NCBI GenBank assembly: GCA_964399075.1
Contig: CAYNPK010000002.1
Coordinates: forward strand, 20,418-84,417
Direction: 5' to 3'
DNA length: 64,000 nucleotides
From: an uncultured Candidatus Saccharibacteria bacterium
Lineage (GTDB): Bacteria; Patescibacteriota; Minisyncoccia; Phycocordibacterales; JACOZG01
The stretch's first letter is position 1. Every line of letters starts with the position of its first letter. Positions 1 through 8,544 of the stretch are shown here, one piece after another. Position numbers and translations under genes: made by a program. The notes beneath the pieces were generated by a model. The model was not told the DNA's origin, did not search any database, and saw only the letters and a program-made list of their open reading frames with translations.

Positions 1-1233
1 CAGCTTGACCGCCAGACCCTTGCCCTCGGCTTGCGGTTTCCATTTCTCAAATTCCAGCTTGACCAATTCTTGCAGATTAAAATCTTTTTTATTGTAAATC
101 ATCGTGCCCTTGCGGAGGTCGGAAGCCTTCAAGATATCCTGGACCGTTGCCACCGCGCGAGTGTCAGAAGCGAAGCCCTCCTCAATGAGAGGCCTGGCGG
201 TCGCGGGCATCTCGCCGTAACTGCCATCGCGGAGCATGTCGAAGATGTTACGCGACTTGGTGAAGAAGCCCTTAACCTGGTGGGTGATGAAGTGGATTAA
301 TTCCGTCTGATTCTTATTCGCCACTTCCAACTCCTTGGCCAGTTTCTCGATTTTGATTTTGGATTCCAGTTCTCGTTTGGAGTTTTGCAGTAAGAGCAGG
401 CCGAAGACGATAGTGATTGTTAAGGTGATGACGTTGAGGGCCATATCAGCGGTGCTTTGCAGGAAGAGGAATTGCGAAGCGACCATGATAATGAGAACGT
501 ACACCAAGAGTTGAGTCCCAAGGAAGCGGATGTTGAAGACTTGGAGATTAGTAATCGCGTATACCATGGCGATTAAGAAGAGTGGCAAAACAAAGAGGCC
601 GTATAGGTTGACCTCGTAGATAAAGGTGGTTGCGGCAATGTATTCAGTAATGCTAAAGGTTGAAAGAAAGAGGATTAAAGATAGAAAAATGACTCCTGAT
701 TGTATTTTTTTAGTCCTATTAGATTTTTTCCACGCGATAATTAGAGATAGGAAAATTAAGGCGGTTGATACCCATTCAACAAAAACTTTATAGAGCACTG
801 CCTTGTCGTTGTTAAGAGCTTCACACCACGTTTGATCAAAGTTGGTAATTGCGTTGCCAGTTAATGTGAAAATGAATGCCGGTACACACAAAGCAAGCAG
901 GGTTATTTTTTCCGCCTTTGTAATTTCTCCCCTCGTTAGAGTTCCAAAGAAATAGACTGCTAAAACAAAAAATATTACATTAATATAATCAATCCATGAC
1001 CAGAAGAACACGACGTAAAAGTAATTTGGCACTGTCCAAATAATAACGTCATTTAAAAGCCATAATGAAACAGCTGAGACAAAGAACAGAAAGATGATCG
1101 CTATTGTTGCAAATTTAGTTTTTATAAGAGCATAAATTGCTAGAAAAAAGGCGATCGCTACAGGAATAAGATGAGAATAATACGCAATTGTGTGATAATA
1201 GCTAGTTGTTTCAAAACAAGTATTTATATCCAT
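1..1233 (-). CDS. Membrane sensor histidine kinase (multi-TM N-terminus, HisKA), runs off the window start
   Basis: Not in the ORF track. Manual translation from ATG 1233 (MDINTCFETTSYYH...) gives many hydrophobic helices, then a coiled coil and H-box LIHFITHQVKG; the frame is open to base 1. TACAAT lies 7 nt before the ATG (leaderless). Confidence 0.85.
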   Translation of the reverse strand, partial: MDINTCFETTSYYHTIAYYSHLIPVAIAFFLAIYALIKTKFATIAIIFLFFVSAVSLWLLNDVIIWTVPNYFYVVFFWSWIDYINVIFFVLAVYFFGTLTRGEITKAEKITLLALCVPAFIFTLTGNAITNFDQTWCEALNNDKAVLYKVFVEWVSTALIFLSLIIAWKKSNRTKKIQSGVIFLSLILFLSTFSITEYIAATTFIYEVNLYGLFVLPLFLIAMVYAITNLQVFNIRFLGTQLLVYVLIIMVASQFLFLQSTADMALNVITLTITIVFGLLLLQNSKRELESKIKIEKLAKELEVANKNQTELIHFITHQVKGFFTKSRNIFDMLRDGSYGEMPATARPLIEEGFASDTRAVATVQDILKASDLRKGTMIYNKKDFNLQELVKLEFEKWKPQAEGKGLAVKL

Positions 1234-1275
1234 ATAAGTTATTGTACCACTATTTCATAAAAAATATACGCAAGA

Positions 1276-1848
1276 TTATTCCGCTTTTATTCCCTCAAGG
1301 CCCTCTAGAAGTAACAATTCGTATTTTGGCATTTCGTAATGGCCTGTTTCTTCGATCTTTTTTAATAATAATTTCATGTAACTTTGCATGGCGTTCGCTT
1401 TTTTATAGTAATTGAGTTGTTTTTTGGGAATACTTAAAACATCGCCCAGAACCCCTCGACAGTTCTCTGATCCGCATACGCATTTCATGTTCCATTTGGT
1501 TGGAGCAATGGTTAGAGAGTAGTCATAGGTGATTTCTTCTCCTTTGTTGATATCTCTAATTGCAAAGAGTTCACTTGCTTTTCTTAAAGATGAATTTGGA
1601 TTACAGCTGTGATTAAATGTTCGAGACAAACTATCCAAATCTAAATAGGTTCTTTTGCCAATCTGGAGAGGGTCATCAATGTATTCTTTGCCAGATTTAA
1701 TTTTTGCTACGAAATCTTTCGCGGTAAATCTCTCGCCACTAAGCAAATATATTACCTCACCCCTTTTTATAAATCTCCCAGCAAAAACTCCCTTACCATA
1801 CTTCTTGGTATTCTTAACAATTAATTTTTTGTCTGAAAATAAGGTCAT
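1276..1848 (-). CDS. SET-domain lysine methyltransferase with post-SET Cys cluster (SET1)
   Basis: GKGVFA, FNHSCNPN, EEITYDY and CVCGSENCRG motifs. Start placed at ATG 1848 by alignment with the paralog starting at 12779. Confidence 0.9.
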   Translation of the reverse strand: MTLFSDKKLIVKNTKKYGKGVFAGRFIKRGEVIYLLSGERFTAKDFVAKIKSGKEYIDDPLQIGKRTYLDLDSLSRTFNHSCNPNSSLRKASELFAIRDINKGEEITYDYSLTIAPTKWNMKCVCGSENCRGVLGDVLSIPKKQLNYYKKANAMQSYMKLLLKKIEETGHYEMPKYELLLLEGLEGIKAE

Positions 1849-1986
1849 GGTGGGGGTTATTGAATTATATAATAATTGGGTGGTTGGGAAAAGCCAGTAT
1901 CGTGTGCTAGCTTGCCTTATTCTGTTATTTAGATTAGTATATGAATGGAGTTTGAGGTCTTTTGTTCGCGAAGGGAGGTGATATAC

Positions 1987-2130
1987 ATGAGTGAGTCGGA
2001 GATCCTTATTGTTCCCGATTCGAAGACGCACGCGAAGGTCGTCGAAAACATCGACTTGAAGGATGCCGTCGATGCACGACCATGCGATTGCGCCGCCTGC
2101 AGCTCCTGCAGGTGTACGCCGTGCAAGTAG
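1987..2130 (+). CDS. Putative six-Cys RiPP precursor, 47 aa (MSESEILIVPDSKTHAKVVENIDLKDAVDARPCDCAACSSCRCTPCK)
   Basis: SD AGGGAGGTG just before ATG 1987. Acidic leader plus C-terminal CxCxxCxxCxCxxC core. Weak hairpin with T-tract at about 2156-2182. Confidence 0.75.
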   Translation: MSESEILIVPDSKTHAKVVENIDLKDAVDARPCDCAACSSCRCTPCK

Positions 2131-2216
2131 CATGGCTACACCAAAGAAAAGACCCGAGCATGTCTATAAACTGCTCTTTTTTATTTCTATTTTATTTAAA
2201 TTCAAGATTATTATCC

Positions 2217-2945
2217 ATGAACAAACTTCGTTTTTGCTTAAACAAAAAGCTTGATGAGTGCTTGGCCGGAGAATTTCTTAATGTGTCTGGAGGGGGGATA
2301 GATTTCGGCAAGGGGATTATTAAAATACATCCGCAACTGAAACCAGTTAAATCTCTACAAGATGCTATTCAGAAAGAAAAAGCTATTAGGATTTATTTTA
2401 ATCACTACTATCAAATTCATCGAGAAGAGATGGTTCGTAAGTTAAAGCTTGTGCGAAACTCTTGGAGTAAGAAAGAGCAGAAATATGTTGCGATAACTGA
2501 AGATTTTTTCGGCGGTTTTCGATTTTCAAAAGGAAAATATATTGCCTATGCCTCTATTATTGACTGCAATCCTCGGTTTTTAGACTCAAAAACATTTCAG
2601 TTTTTTTATAAAAAATCACTCGCTGACGCTATTCAGACTATTGCCCACGAACTTCTTCATTTTATTTTCTTTGATTTTGTTGAAAAGAGATTAAAAAAGG
2701 AAACGAAACATTTATCAGAGAATCAATTGTGGGACCTGTCAGAAATATTTAATGTGATCGTGCTTAAATCTCTGTCATACAAAAATATTATTAATCAACA
2801 ATTAGTAACTCCTTATCCTGATCACCAGCCTTATCTTCCTCAATTTGAAAAAGCGTATAAAAATTCTAAAAACGCCGAAGAATTTATTAGACGGGGTATA
2901 AGTATTATAAACACAAAAAATAGCGAGACGAGGCTGATAAACTAA
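2217..2945 (+). CDS. HExxH (gluzincin-like) metalloprotein, paralog of 5388-6038
   Basis: AHELLH with downstream LSEIFN. Shares DFGK, CNPR and LWxLSEIFNVI blocks with 5388-6038. Confidence 0.75.
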   Translation: MNKLRFCLNKKLDECLAGEFLNVSGGGIDFGKGIIKIHPQLKPVKSLQDAIQKEKAIRIYFNHYYQIHREEMVRKLKLVRNSWSKKEQKYVAITEDFFGGFRFSKGKYIAYASIIDCNPRFLDSKTFQFFYKKSLADAIQTIAHELLHFIFFDFVEKRLKKETKHLSENQLWDLSEIFNVIVLKSLSYKNIINQQLVTPYPDHQPYLPQFEKAYKNSKNAEEFIRRGISIINTKNSETRLIN

Positions 2946-2969
2946 AAGAGGATTGTAATGGTATTTGAT

Positions 2970-3045
2970 TTGACAGGTGGGGTAAATTATTTATACTGTT
3001 TTTAGACTGCCGAAACTACGTTGTTTTGGCTTTGGTCTCTGACAA
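2970..3045 (+). promoter_or_regulatory. Sigma70 promoter, leader hairpin and boxA-like motif of rSAM1
   Basis: TTGACA (2970), 16 nt, TATACT (2992); hairpin 3009-3030; TGGTCTCTGACAA at 3033-3045. Confidence 0.6.
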
Positions 3046-3060
3046 CTAACGGGGTGACAT

Positions 3061-4122
3061 ATGGAAGATTCAATCAGTACGGCGATAGTGAAACCAACAG
3101 ATGGTTTTTGTAACTTGGCTTGTTCCTATTGCTACATGCAGAAGGTCTGTACTCGGGGAAAAATTCGGGTCATGAGTGCGCACGTTCTTGAAAACCTAAC
3201 TGATTTCTTCTGTTCCGAATTGGAAGAAATTGAGTTCATCTGGCATGGCGGTGAACCTCTTTTGGCCGGAGTGGATTTCTATCAAAAGGTAGTTCAGTGT
3301 CAGGAAAGCTGGATCGCCTCTGGTAAGAAAATCGCGAACTTCGTTCAAACCAATGGGGTTTTGTTAAATGGCAGGTGGGCGGATTTCTTTTCCCAGAACG
3401 GCTTTGTGGTTGGGGTGAGTCTCGATGGTCCGGCCCGCGTTCACGATGCGACCAGACGTTTCAAGAGTGGCGGTAGTTCCTTGGTGGCAACTATCAATGG
3501 AATAGAGGTGGCCCGAAAAGCGGGCATCTTTAATGGGGTGATTTGTTGCGTAAGTTCTCACAATTGCGAATTAGCGGAAGAGACCTTTGATTTTCTCTGT
3601 TCCCTGGGGATTAAGAGTATAAAATTTCTCAGGGTCAAGGGGGAATTTGAGGACAGCGTCAACCAAGGTCAATATGTTCGTTTTCTTACGGCCGTCTTAA
3701 GAAGGTGGCTGGAGGTCGATGATCCGGAGATTGAAATTAGAGACATCAAAAGTCTGATAGACATAGCCTTGGGGGGCAATTTCAGAGAATGTGTCTACAT
3801 GGGAAGGTGTGATAAATTCGTTACCGTTTACGGAGACGGATCTATTTACGCCTGTGATAATTTGCCCAAGGTTGATCGATTCTGCTTCGGCAATGTGGTC
3901 CAGACGAGAAAGGAGGTGTTGCTTGGACCAAAACTCCAAAACTTTCTTGCGATGATTGATGAACGTAAGAAGAGTTGCTCGTCTTGTTTTTGGTTTGAGA
4001 CCTGTCGCGGCGGTTGCGCCTATCGGTACCTACAAGAAGAAAAGGAGGAAAATCAATGTGAAGACTTGAAAGATTTGTTTGGCACTGTTCGTGATGTACT
4101 TAAAAGGCACCAGATGGTCTAG
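3061..4122 (+). CDS. Radical SAM/SPASM peptide maturase 1 (anSME-like, no N-terminal RRE)
   Basis: CNLACSYC, WHGGEP, QTNG, SLDG; SPASM C..C, GSIYAC, CxxCxxxxxCxGGC. Confidence 0.92.
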   Translation: MEDSISTAIVKPTDGFCNLACSYCYMQKVCTRGKIRVMSAHVLENLTDFFCSELEEIEFIWHGGEPLLAGVDFYQKVVQCQESWIASGKKIANFVQTNGVLLNGRWADFFSQNGFVVGVSLDGPARVHDATRRFKSGGSSLVATINGIEVARKAGIFNGVICCVSSHNCELAEETFDFLCSLGIKSIKFLRVKGEFEDSVNQGQYVRFLTAVLRRWLEVDDPEIEIRDIKSLIDIALGGNFRECVYMGRCDKFVTVYGDGSIYACDNLPKVDRFCFGNVVQTRKEVLLGPKLQNFLAMIDERKKSCSSCFWFETCRGGCAYRYLQEEKEENQCEDLKDLFGTVRDVLKRHQMV

Positions 4123-4157
4123 GTGCCAACTACTCTCTTTCGAGAAGGATTGGTGCT

Positions 4158-4298
4158 ATGAAAAAACGTGAATCTAAACTGAAAGTCCCCCGTGTCTTGC
4201 AGAAGGCTCGGCAAGTTGCCAAGTCTTTTGCGTCGAATTCGAGTTCGGGTTATACCAAGGGGCCTTGGGATCAGGGTCACTGGGCAAACCGAAAGTAA
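4158..4298 (+). CDS. Putative RiPP precursor, 46 aa (MKKRESKLKVPRVLQKARQVAKSFASNSSSGYTKGPWDQGHWANRK)
   Basis: Not in the ORF track. SD GAAGGA, 35 nt after the rSAM1 stop, aromatic repeats in the C-terminal core, terminator follows. Confidence 0.8.
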   Translation: MKKRESKLKVPRVLQKARQVAKSFASNSSSGYTKGPWDQGHWANRK

Positions 4299-4333
4299 GA
4301 GCGCGTATGATTATCGCGCAGGAAACTCAAACC

Positions 4334-4364
4334 AAACGAGTAGTCTATCGGACTACTCGTTTTT
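4334..4364 (+). terminator. Intrinsic terminator after precursor 1
   Basis: AAACGAGTAGTC-tatcg-GACTACTCGTTT followed by a T-tract. Confidence 0.8.
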
Positions 4365-5247
4365 ATTTTTGAATGTGTCCTTTTAGAACTTCGATTAGCG
4401 ATTCGAGGTAGGCATTATCAAGAGGAATTTTACCTTCCGTATACTTCTTAGACCAACCATACATGTGATAAGCACATATTTTTCTTGTTTGTGAAAAATC
4501 TAAAATGTTTTCAGTTTTTGCCAATCGTTCGTTTGTAATTTTTACCACCTCTATGCCAAGATATTTCTCTGCTAAATATCCTTCTGGTATAAATGAACTG
4601 ATTATTAGTTCTTCTAAAACAAGATAAGTGTTTTTTGTGCCATAGTTAACTAGATTAATTATCTCTGAATTTTTTTCTGTTACTTTTTTTATTTTTTCCC
4701 AAAGTTGATGATTTTTCTTCAATATCAAATGGAAAAATTCATGAGCCAATATCCCAATAGAAAATTTATCAGGAATAATGTTGTCAACTGGGCACTCCAA
4801 AACTATACTACTTCTATCCGGAGACCAAGAAAACCAAGCCGACAAATTATCATAAGGACTAATCACCAGATTAATTTGAATATCTTCGATCGAGAGATTA
4901 TCCATGCCCGCAAGCGAAAGAGCATCAGCAATCACCAGGTCCAATGTCTGTAAATTATCTTGATAGTATTTGGAAAGTAGTTCGAGTTTTTTTAGAGCAG
5001 TAAGCCAAAATTTATCAAACTCTTGCTCAAAAGGAGCGATGGCTTTTCTAAATTCGGATAACTTATCTTGCCCAACCATCTCTTCAAGGCTAGACCAAAA
5101 AGTCTCGTCATTTTCGGTAGCCAGAAAGAGTTCAATATTTTGAACATCCTCTGTTTTTAATAGATCTTTGATTGTTTGTTCCTTTTTAATATCAACCAAA
5201 AAGTGCAAAAAGTTGACATTTTTTGAAATACTAAAATTTAATGACAT
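4363..5247 (-). CDS. HExxH metalloprotein
   Basis: AHEFFH with downstream EELIIS; 294 aa; no evident signal peptide. Confidence 0.7.
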   Translation of the reverse strand: MSLNFSISKNVNFLHFLVDIKKEQTIKDLLKTEDVQNIELFLATENDETFWSSLEEMVGQDKLSEFRKAIAPFEQEFDKFWLTALKKLELLSKYYQDNLQTLDLVIADALSLAGMDNLSIEDIQINLVISPYDNLSAWFSWSPDRSSIVLECPVDNIIPDKFSIGILAHEFFHLILKKNHQLWEKIKKVTEKNSEIINLVNYGTKNTYLVLEELIISSFIPEGYLAEKYLGIEVVKITNERLAKTENILDFSQTRKICAYHMYGWSKKYTEGKIPLDNAYLESLIEVLKGHIQK

Positions 5248-5257
5248 TTTTTATTCA

Positions 5258-5323
5258 GAATATCCTCCAGTCTGGGAACTGTCTTAGGATTTTACCATAG
5301 AATGGCTAAAATTAGAAGGGGTG
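5258..5323 (-). repeat. Remnant of the promoter and first codons of gene 8545-9363
   Basis: Matches 9339-9404 with 6 mismatches in 66 nt; the ATG is changed to ACA. Confidence 0.9.
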
Positions 5324-5479
5324 GTTATTGAATTATATAACACATGATAGTTTACACAACTTCTCACGCTTTTTTATTTTTGCCACACTAGTTATTAATA
5401 TATCTAAGGTATTCCAAGCTTGTTTTTACAAAATTTACAACATTTGGTTCTTTTGTCCAAATCCTTTTTATTTCTTCCA
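5323..5479. repeat. 157-bp direct repeat, copy 1 (SET promoter, spacer and HExxH 3' end)
   Basis: Matches 12788-12944 with 3 mismatches by manual alignment. Confidence 0.95.
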
Positions 5480-6038
5480 ACTTATTTTTCAGATCAGGGT
5501 AAAATAGAAGTTCTTCTGCTCCGATAGATTTTTTAATTGATGGAAGATTAAGAAAAATCACATTAAATATTTCGGATAATTCCCACAAATTATTGTCATT
5601 CTCAATTTTTAAATCACCACAAAAATCATAAAAGGCAAAGTGGGTCAGTTCGTGGGCGATAACTTCTTTTCTCATGTCATGCGAACGTTTGTAATAAACT
5701 TGGAAACTTTTATTCTCTAGATAGCGTGGATTGCAATTAAAGATAGACAAGTAACAAGTATAATTTTTTTTGCTGTAATCTTGGCCGAAATATTTCTGTA
5801 ATTCTAAAAATAAAGATTCTTTTATTTCTCTAAAACATAGCTCGGTATCCTCAAGAGTATTTTTCAAACTATCTTGATTCGCAGTATAAAAATTATCTAT
5901 ATATTCAATATAGTTTTCTTTAGTTATGTCCGGATGATCATCACGTATCTTCTTACCAAAATCAGCGCCACCAACAATAGCATCACAAAAAGCCAAATAT
6001 ACTTCTTTATCTAATTGTTTATTGAGCAGGGTGTTCAT
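5388..6038 (-). CDS. HExxH (gluzincin-like) metalloprotein
   Basis: AHELTH and LWELSEIFN; paralog of 2217-2945. Confidence 0.75.
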   Translation of the reverse strand: MNTLLNKQLDKEVYLAFCDAIVGGADFGKKIRDDHPDITKENYIEYIDNFYTANQDSLKNTLEDTELCFREIKESLFLELQKYFGQDYSKKNYTCYLSIFNCNPRYLENKSFQVYYKRSHDMRKEVIAHELTHFAFYDFCGDLKIENDNNLWELSEIFNVIFLNLPSIKKSIGAEELLFYPDLKNKLEEIKRIWTKEPNVVNFVKTSLEYLRYINN

Positions 6039-6780
6039 TGCTCAAGTATCTTTTCCATGCTTTTTCCGCTTCGGTCGGGCTTATGCCGTATATTTCTTGA
6101 AAAATATCACTATTCTCATTTTTTGTTTTGAATCTATTGGTATTCTGATAAAGAGTTTTAAATTTTTCTTTACCATATTGTTCAATCAAGAATTTTGTAA
6201 ACGACCCAACAAAACAGTAGTAATAAAGAGCGTGATCGTCATCCAGCTCTTTCCATTTTGCGTGATCCATCATTGAATCTACTGGGGGCAGGAGCCCTTT
6301 ATTTGAAGCCTCATAAGCGAGTTTGTCGTGGTCTTCTCCATGCCAGCCGTGGCCAACCATATATTCTGCCAATCCTTCTTGAAAAAAAGCAATTGAAAGT
6401 CCCCACGGTAAGGATAATAAATGTGTATCTTCATGTTCTCCAATTGGTTTAATGTCTTTTGTATACAAAACATGCACAATAAAATCTTTCCAAATGGCTT
6501 GAGCATACCAATCATCACCCATTAATTTTTTCTTTGTTTTCAGATCAGGATAAAAATAATAAGTGATTTTTCTTTCTGGAGATAGAATTTCTAAAAATTC
6601 AATGATTTTTTTGAAAGCTCTTCCCTGTGTTTCTGAAATTTTTGTAATTTCTTTTTCCGCGATTGTTTTAGGTAAATAGTAAAAAATATAGTGTTCAGTT
6701 TCATGTTTGAGCCAAGAGATGTCATTTTTGAAATCCTCTTTGTACGTTGGGAGATTTTGGGTAATTTCAGGTGTGCTCAT
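6019..6780 (-). CDS. Peptidase MA-clan-like metallopeptidase
   Basis: HEDTH, QEGLAEY and the YY..GSF..FL...YG pattern; TATAAT 10 nt before ATG 6780. Confidence 0.75.
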   Translation of the reverse strand: MSTPEITQNLPTYKEDFKNDISWLKHETEHYIFYYLPKTIAEKEITKISETQGRAFKKIIEFLEILSPERKITYYFYPDLKTKKKLMGDDWYAQAIWKDFIVHVLYTKDIKPIGEHEDTHLLSLPWGLSIAFFQEGLAEYMVGHGWHGEDHDKLAYEASNKGLLPPVDSMMDHAKWKELDDDHALYYYCFVGSFTKFLIEQYGKEKFKTLYQNTNRFKTKNENSDIFQEIYGISPTEAEKAWKRYLSNEHPAQ

Positions 6781-6798
6781 AATATTAAACATTATAAC

Positions 6799-6830
6799 AA
6801 AAAATAGGCTGCTTTTCCAGGCAGCCTATT
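6799..6830 (-). terminator. Intrinsic terminator after rSAM2
   Basis: AATAGGCTGC/GCAGCCTATT stem with a minus-strand T-run. Confidence 0.8.
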
Positions 6831-6832
6831 GG

Positions 6833-8143
6833 TTAGGAGTTGTACTCAAGAAACAACAAACCTTCGTTTAGAGTGGCGATTAGCTTGCGTTGACAGAACC
6901 TCTTTTCGAATCCTTTCTCTCCGTTTTCCACGATCGAGTCATGAATGCACCCACCGCCACATATTGGCAAATAGGGACATTTCTCTTCTACACACTTGTC
7001 TGTTCGAGAAAAATTCTCAAAACGAACATCTTGTGTATATGAGGTGGGAAAATCGGAAACGTGACCGAAATCGAAAGCGGGCCGTCCAACCGTACAGAAG
7101 CATTTTTGAAGTGCTCCATTCGGCTGAAGTACTGCCGAATGCTTTGCGATTGCCACGCACCATGGCCCCACAAGAAACTCGTCAGGTACAGCAAACCCAC
7201 ATTCTTTAGCGACACGCCAAGCAGCTACAGCTTTTTCGGCGGTCATTACTTCGGCCAAGGCTTTCGTGGTAGTGCCAAGAGATGGAACAACAAGACCTAG
7301 ACTTAAATGAATCTTGTTACCATAGCCAAGCTTTGCCAAGAAGCGTATAAGATCTGGCAACGATTCAGCGGTTTCTGTATCGAGAGAGAGTCTCAAGTTG
7401 ATCTTTGGCACGTATCCACCATCGAGCAACATTCTCACATTCGTGATAATCCTATCGAAAGTGGGTTGTTTGTCGTGGCCAACTCTACGGGTGTCATGCA
7501 ATTCTCTCGGACCGTCCAGGGTAATTTGCACTCGCCGTAAATCGTATCGTTTGAGTGCGATTGCCGTATTAGCGTCGAGAAGCAAGCCGTTAGTAGTGAT
7601 CTCGGTCCAATATTCTATTCCTTTCTTTTCAGTAAGCAACTTGATTCTTGTTAGGGCTTCTTTCGCCAAGTGTTTCACCAGAAGAGGTTCTCCTCCAAAT
7701 AAAACGCACTTCAGGGAAGCAACCTCTGGATTGGCTTCAAGGTATTGGTCAAGCCAGTGAACAGACTGACAAAGAACCGCCTCCGTCATCAATCCCAGTC
7801 GTCTTACTCCACGCTCGAAGCAATAGTGACAGTTAAGTTGACACTTCATGGTTGGCAGGAGATGCAATGTGAAGAGTTTTGCCTGTTCATTCCTTGTGTG
7901 GCGAAAGAAGTTACGATACTCGCGGAACTCGTCTTTGTCTTCTGGAACAACAAATCCATTATTGCCAGAAAGAGTTTCGATGGAATCATGGCTAGGCAAT
8001 GTTTGATCATGAAGCCACTTATCCAAAGATTCAATTGTTTTGCCATCAAGCATCGCGACTGCCCCAGTGAGATAATTCTTCACCAGAACATTCCCATCGG
8101 CAAAAGGGTAACGAACCGTAAATGCACTCCATTTGTACCTCAT
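6833..8143 (-). CDS. Radical SAM/SPASM peptide maturase 2 with N-terminal RRE-like extension
   Basis: CQLNCHYC, FGGEP, TTNG, TLDG; SPASM WC, GALQKC, C..CPYLPICGGGC. About 90 aa precede the rSAM core. SD GAAAGGA upstream. Confidence 0.92.
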   Translation of the reverse strand: MRYKWSAFTVRYPFADGNVLVKNYLTGAVAMLDGKTIESLDKWLHDQTLPSHDSIETLSGNNGFVVPEDKDEFREYRNFFRHTRNEQAKLFTLHLLPTMKCQLNCHYCFERGVRRLGLMTEAVLCQSVHWLDQYLEANPEVASLKCVLFGGEPLLVKHLAKEALTRIKLLTEKKGIEYWTEITTNGLLLDANTAIALKRYDLRRVQITLDGPRELHDTRRVGHDKQPTFDRIITNVRMLLDGGYVPKINLRLSLDTETAESLPDLIRFLAKLGYGNKIHLSLGLVVPSLGTTTKALAEVMTAEKAVAAWRVAKECGFAVPDEFLVGPWCVAIAKHSAVLQPNGALQKCFCTVGRPAFDFGHVSDFPTSYTQDVRFENFSRTDKCVEEKCPYLPICGGGCIHDSIVENGEKGFEKRFCQRKLIATLNEGLLFLEYNS

Positions 8144-8162
8144 GGTAGGACACATCCTTTCT

Positions 8163-8199
8163 AAAAAAATGTCCCGCAAGCTACACGCCTGCAGGACAT
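8163..8199 (-). terminator. Terminator-like hairpin between precursor 2 and rSAM2
   Basis: Minus strand reads ATGTCCTGCAGGC-gtgta-GCTTGCGGGACAT followed by a T-run. Confidence 0.7.
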
Positions 8200-8215
8200 C
8201 ATGCACTGCGACTCA

Positions 8216-8356
8216 CTAGTAGCCACAAGTGTCTTTGCCCAACCTGACCGGAGTGCGAAGGTCTTGGTTACCTGCTTTGAGCAGGATAACACCAGAGCTT
8301 TTCACACTAGCCGATCTTACAGGCCGAGTTGCCGGTTTGTCGTTCTTGGTAACCAT
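8216..8356 (-). CDS. Putative RiPP precursor, 46 aa (MVTKNDKPATRPVRSASVKSSGVILLKAGNQDLRTPVRLGKDTCGY)
   Basis: Not in the ORF track. SD AAGGAGGA; directly upstream of rSAM2; promoter TTGACA (8536), 18 nt, TAAGAT. Confidence 0.8.
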   Translation of the reverse strand: MVTKNDKPATRPVRSASVKSSGVILLKAGNQDLRTPVRLGKDTCGY

Positions 8357-8544
8357 ATGGCTTTCCTCCTTTCTTGCCTATTACCCTCGACTGCTCTTTG
8401 GGTTGAGAATCCAACACGGATTCTCATTTAACCTCATTGACCAAAAGAGTAATGTAAGGAAATAGGACTTGGGGTTTGATGTCGAAGATCTAAAATAGCC
8501 AACAACATCTTATCACTATTTTCCCTATTTTGTCAATAAAACAC

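Noticed and set aside
1849-2133. 95-aa N-terminal extension of the SET ORF in the track
   Set aside because: It is antisense to the SD-led Cys peptide, and the paralog starts at the position equivalent to ATG 1848.
3061-4122. rSAM1 as an anaerobic sulfatase maturase
   Set aside because: No sulfatase lies in the window and a precursor-like ORF follows directly; not formally excluded without phylogeny.
4192-4386. Track ORFs overlapping precursors (4192-4386; likewise 8201-8465, 13667-13941, 18109-18510)
   Set aside because: They lack an SD and mostly cross terminators or neighbouring genes; the SD-led short frames explain these regions better.
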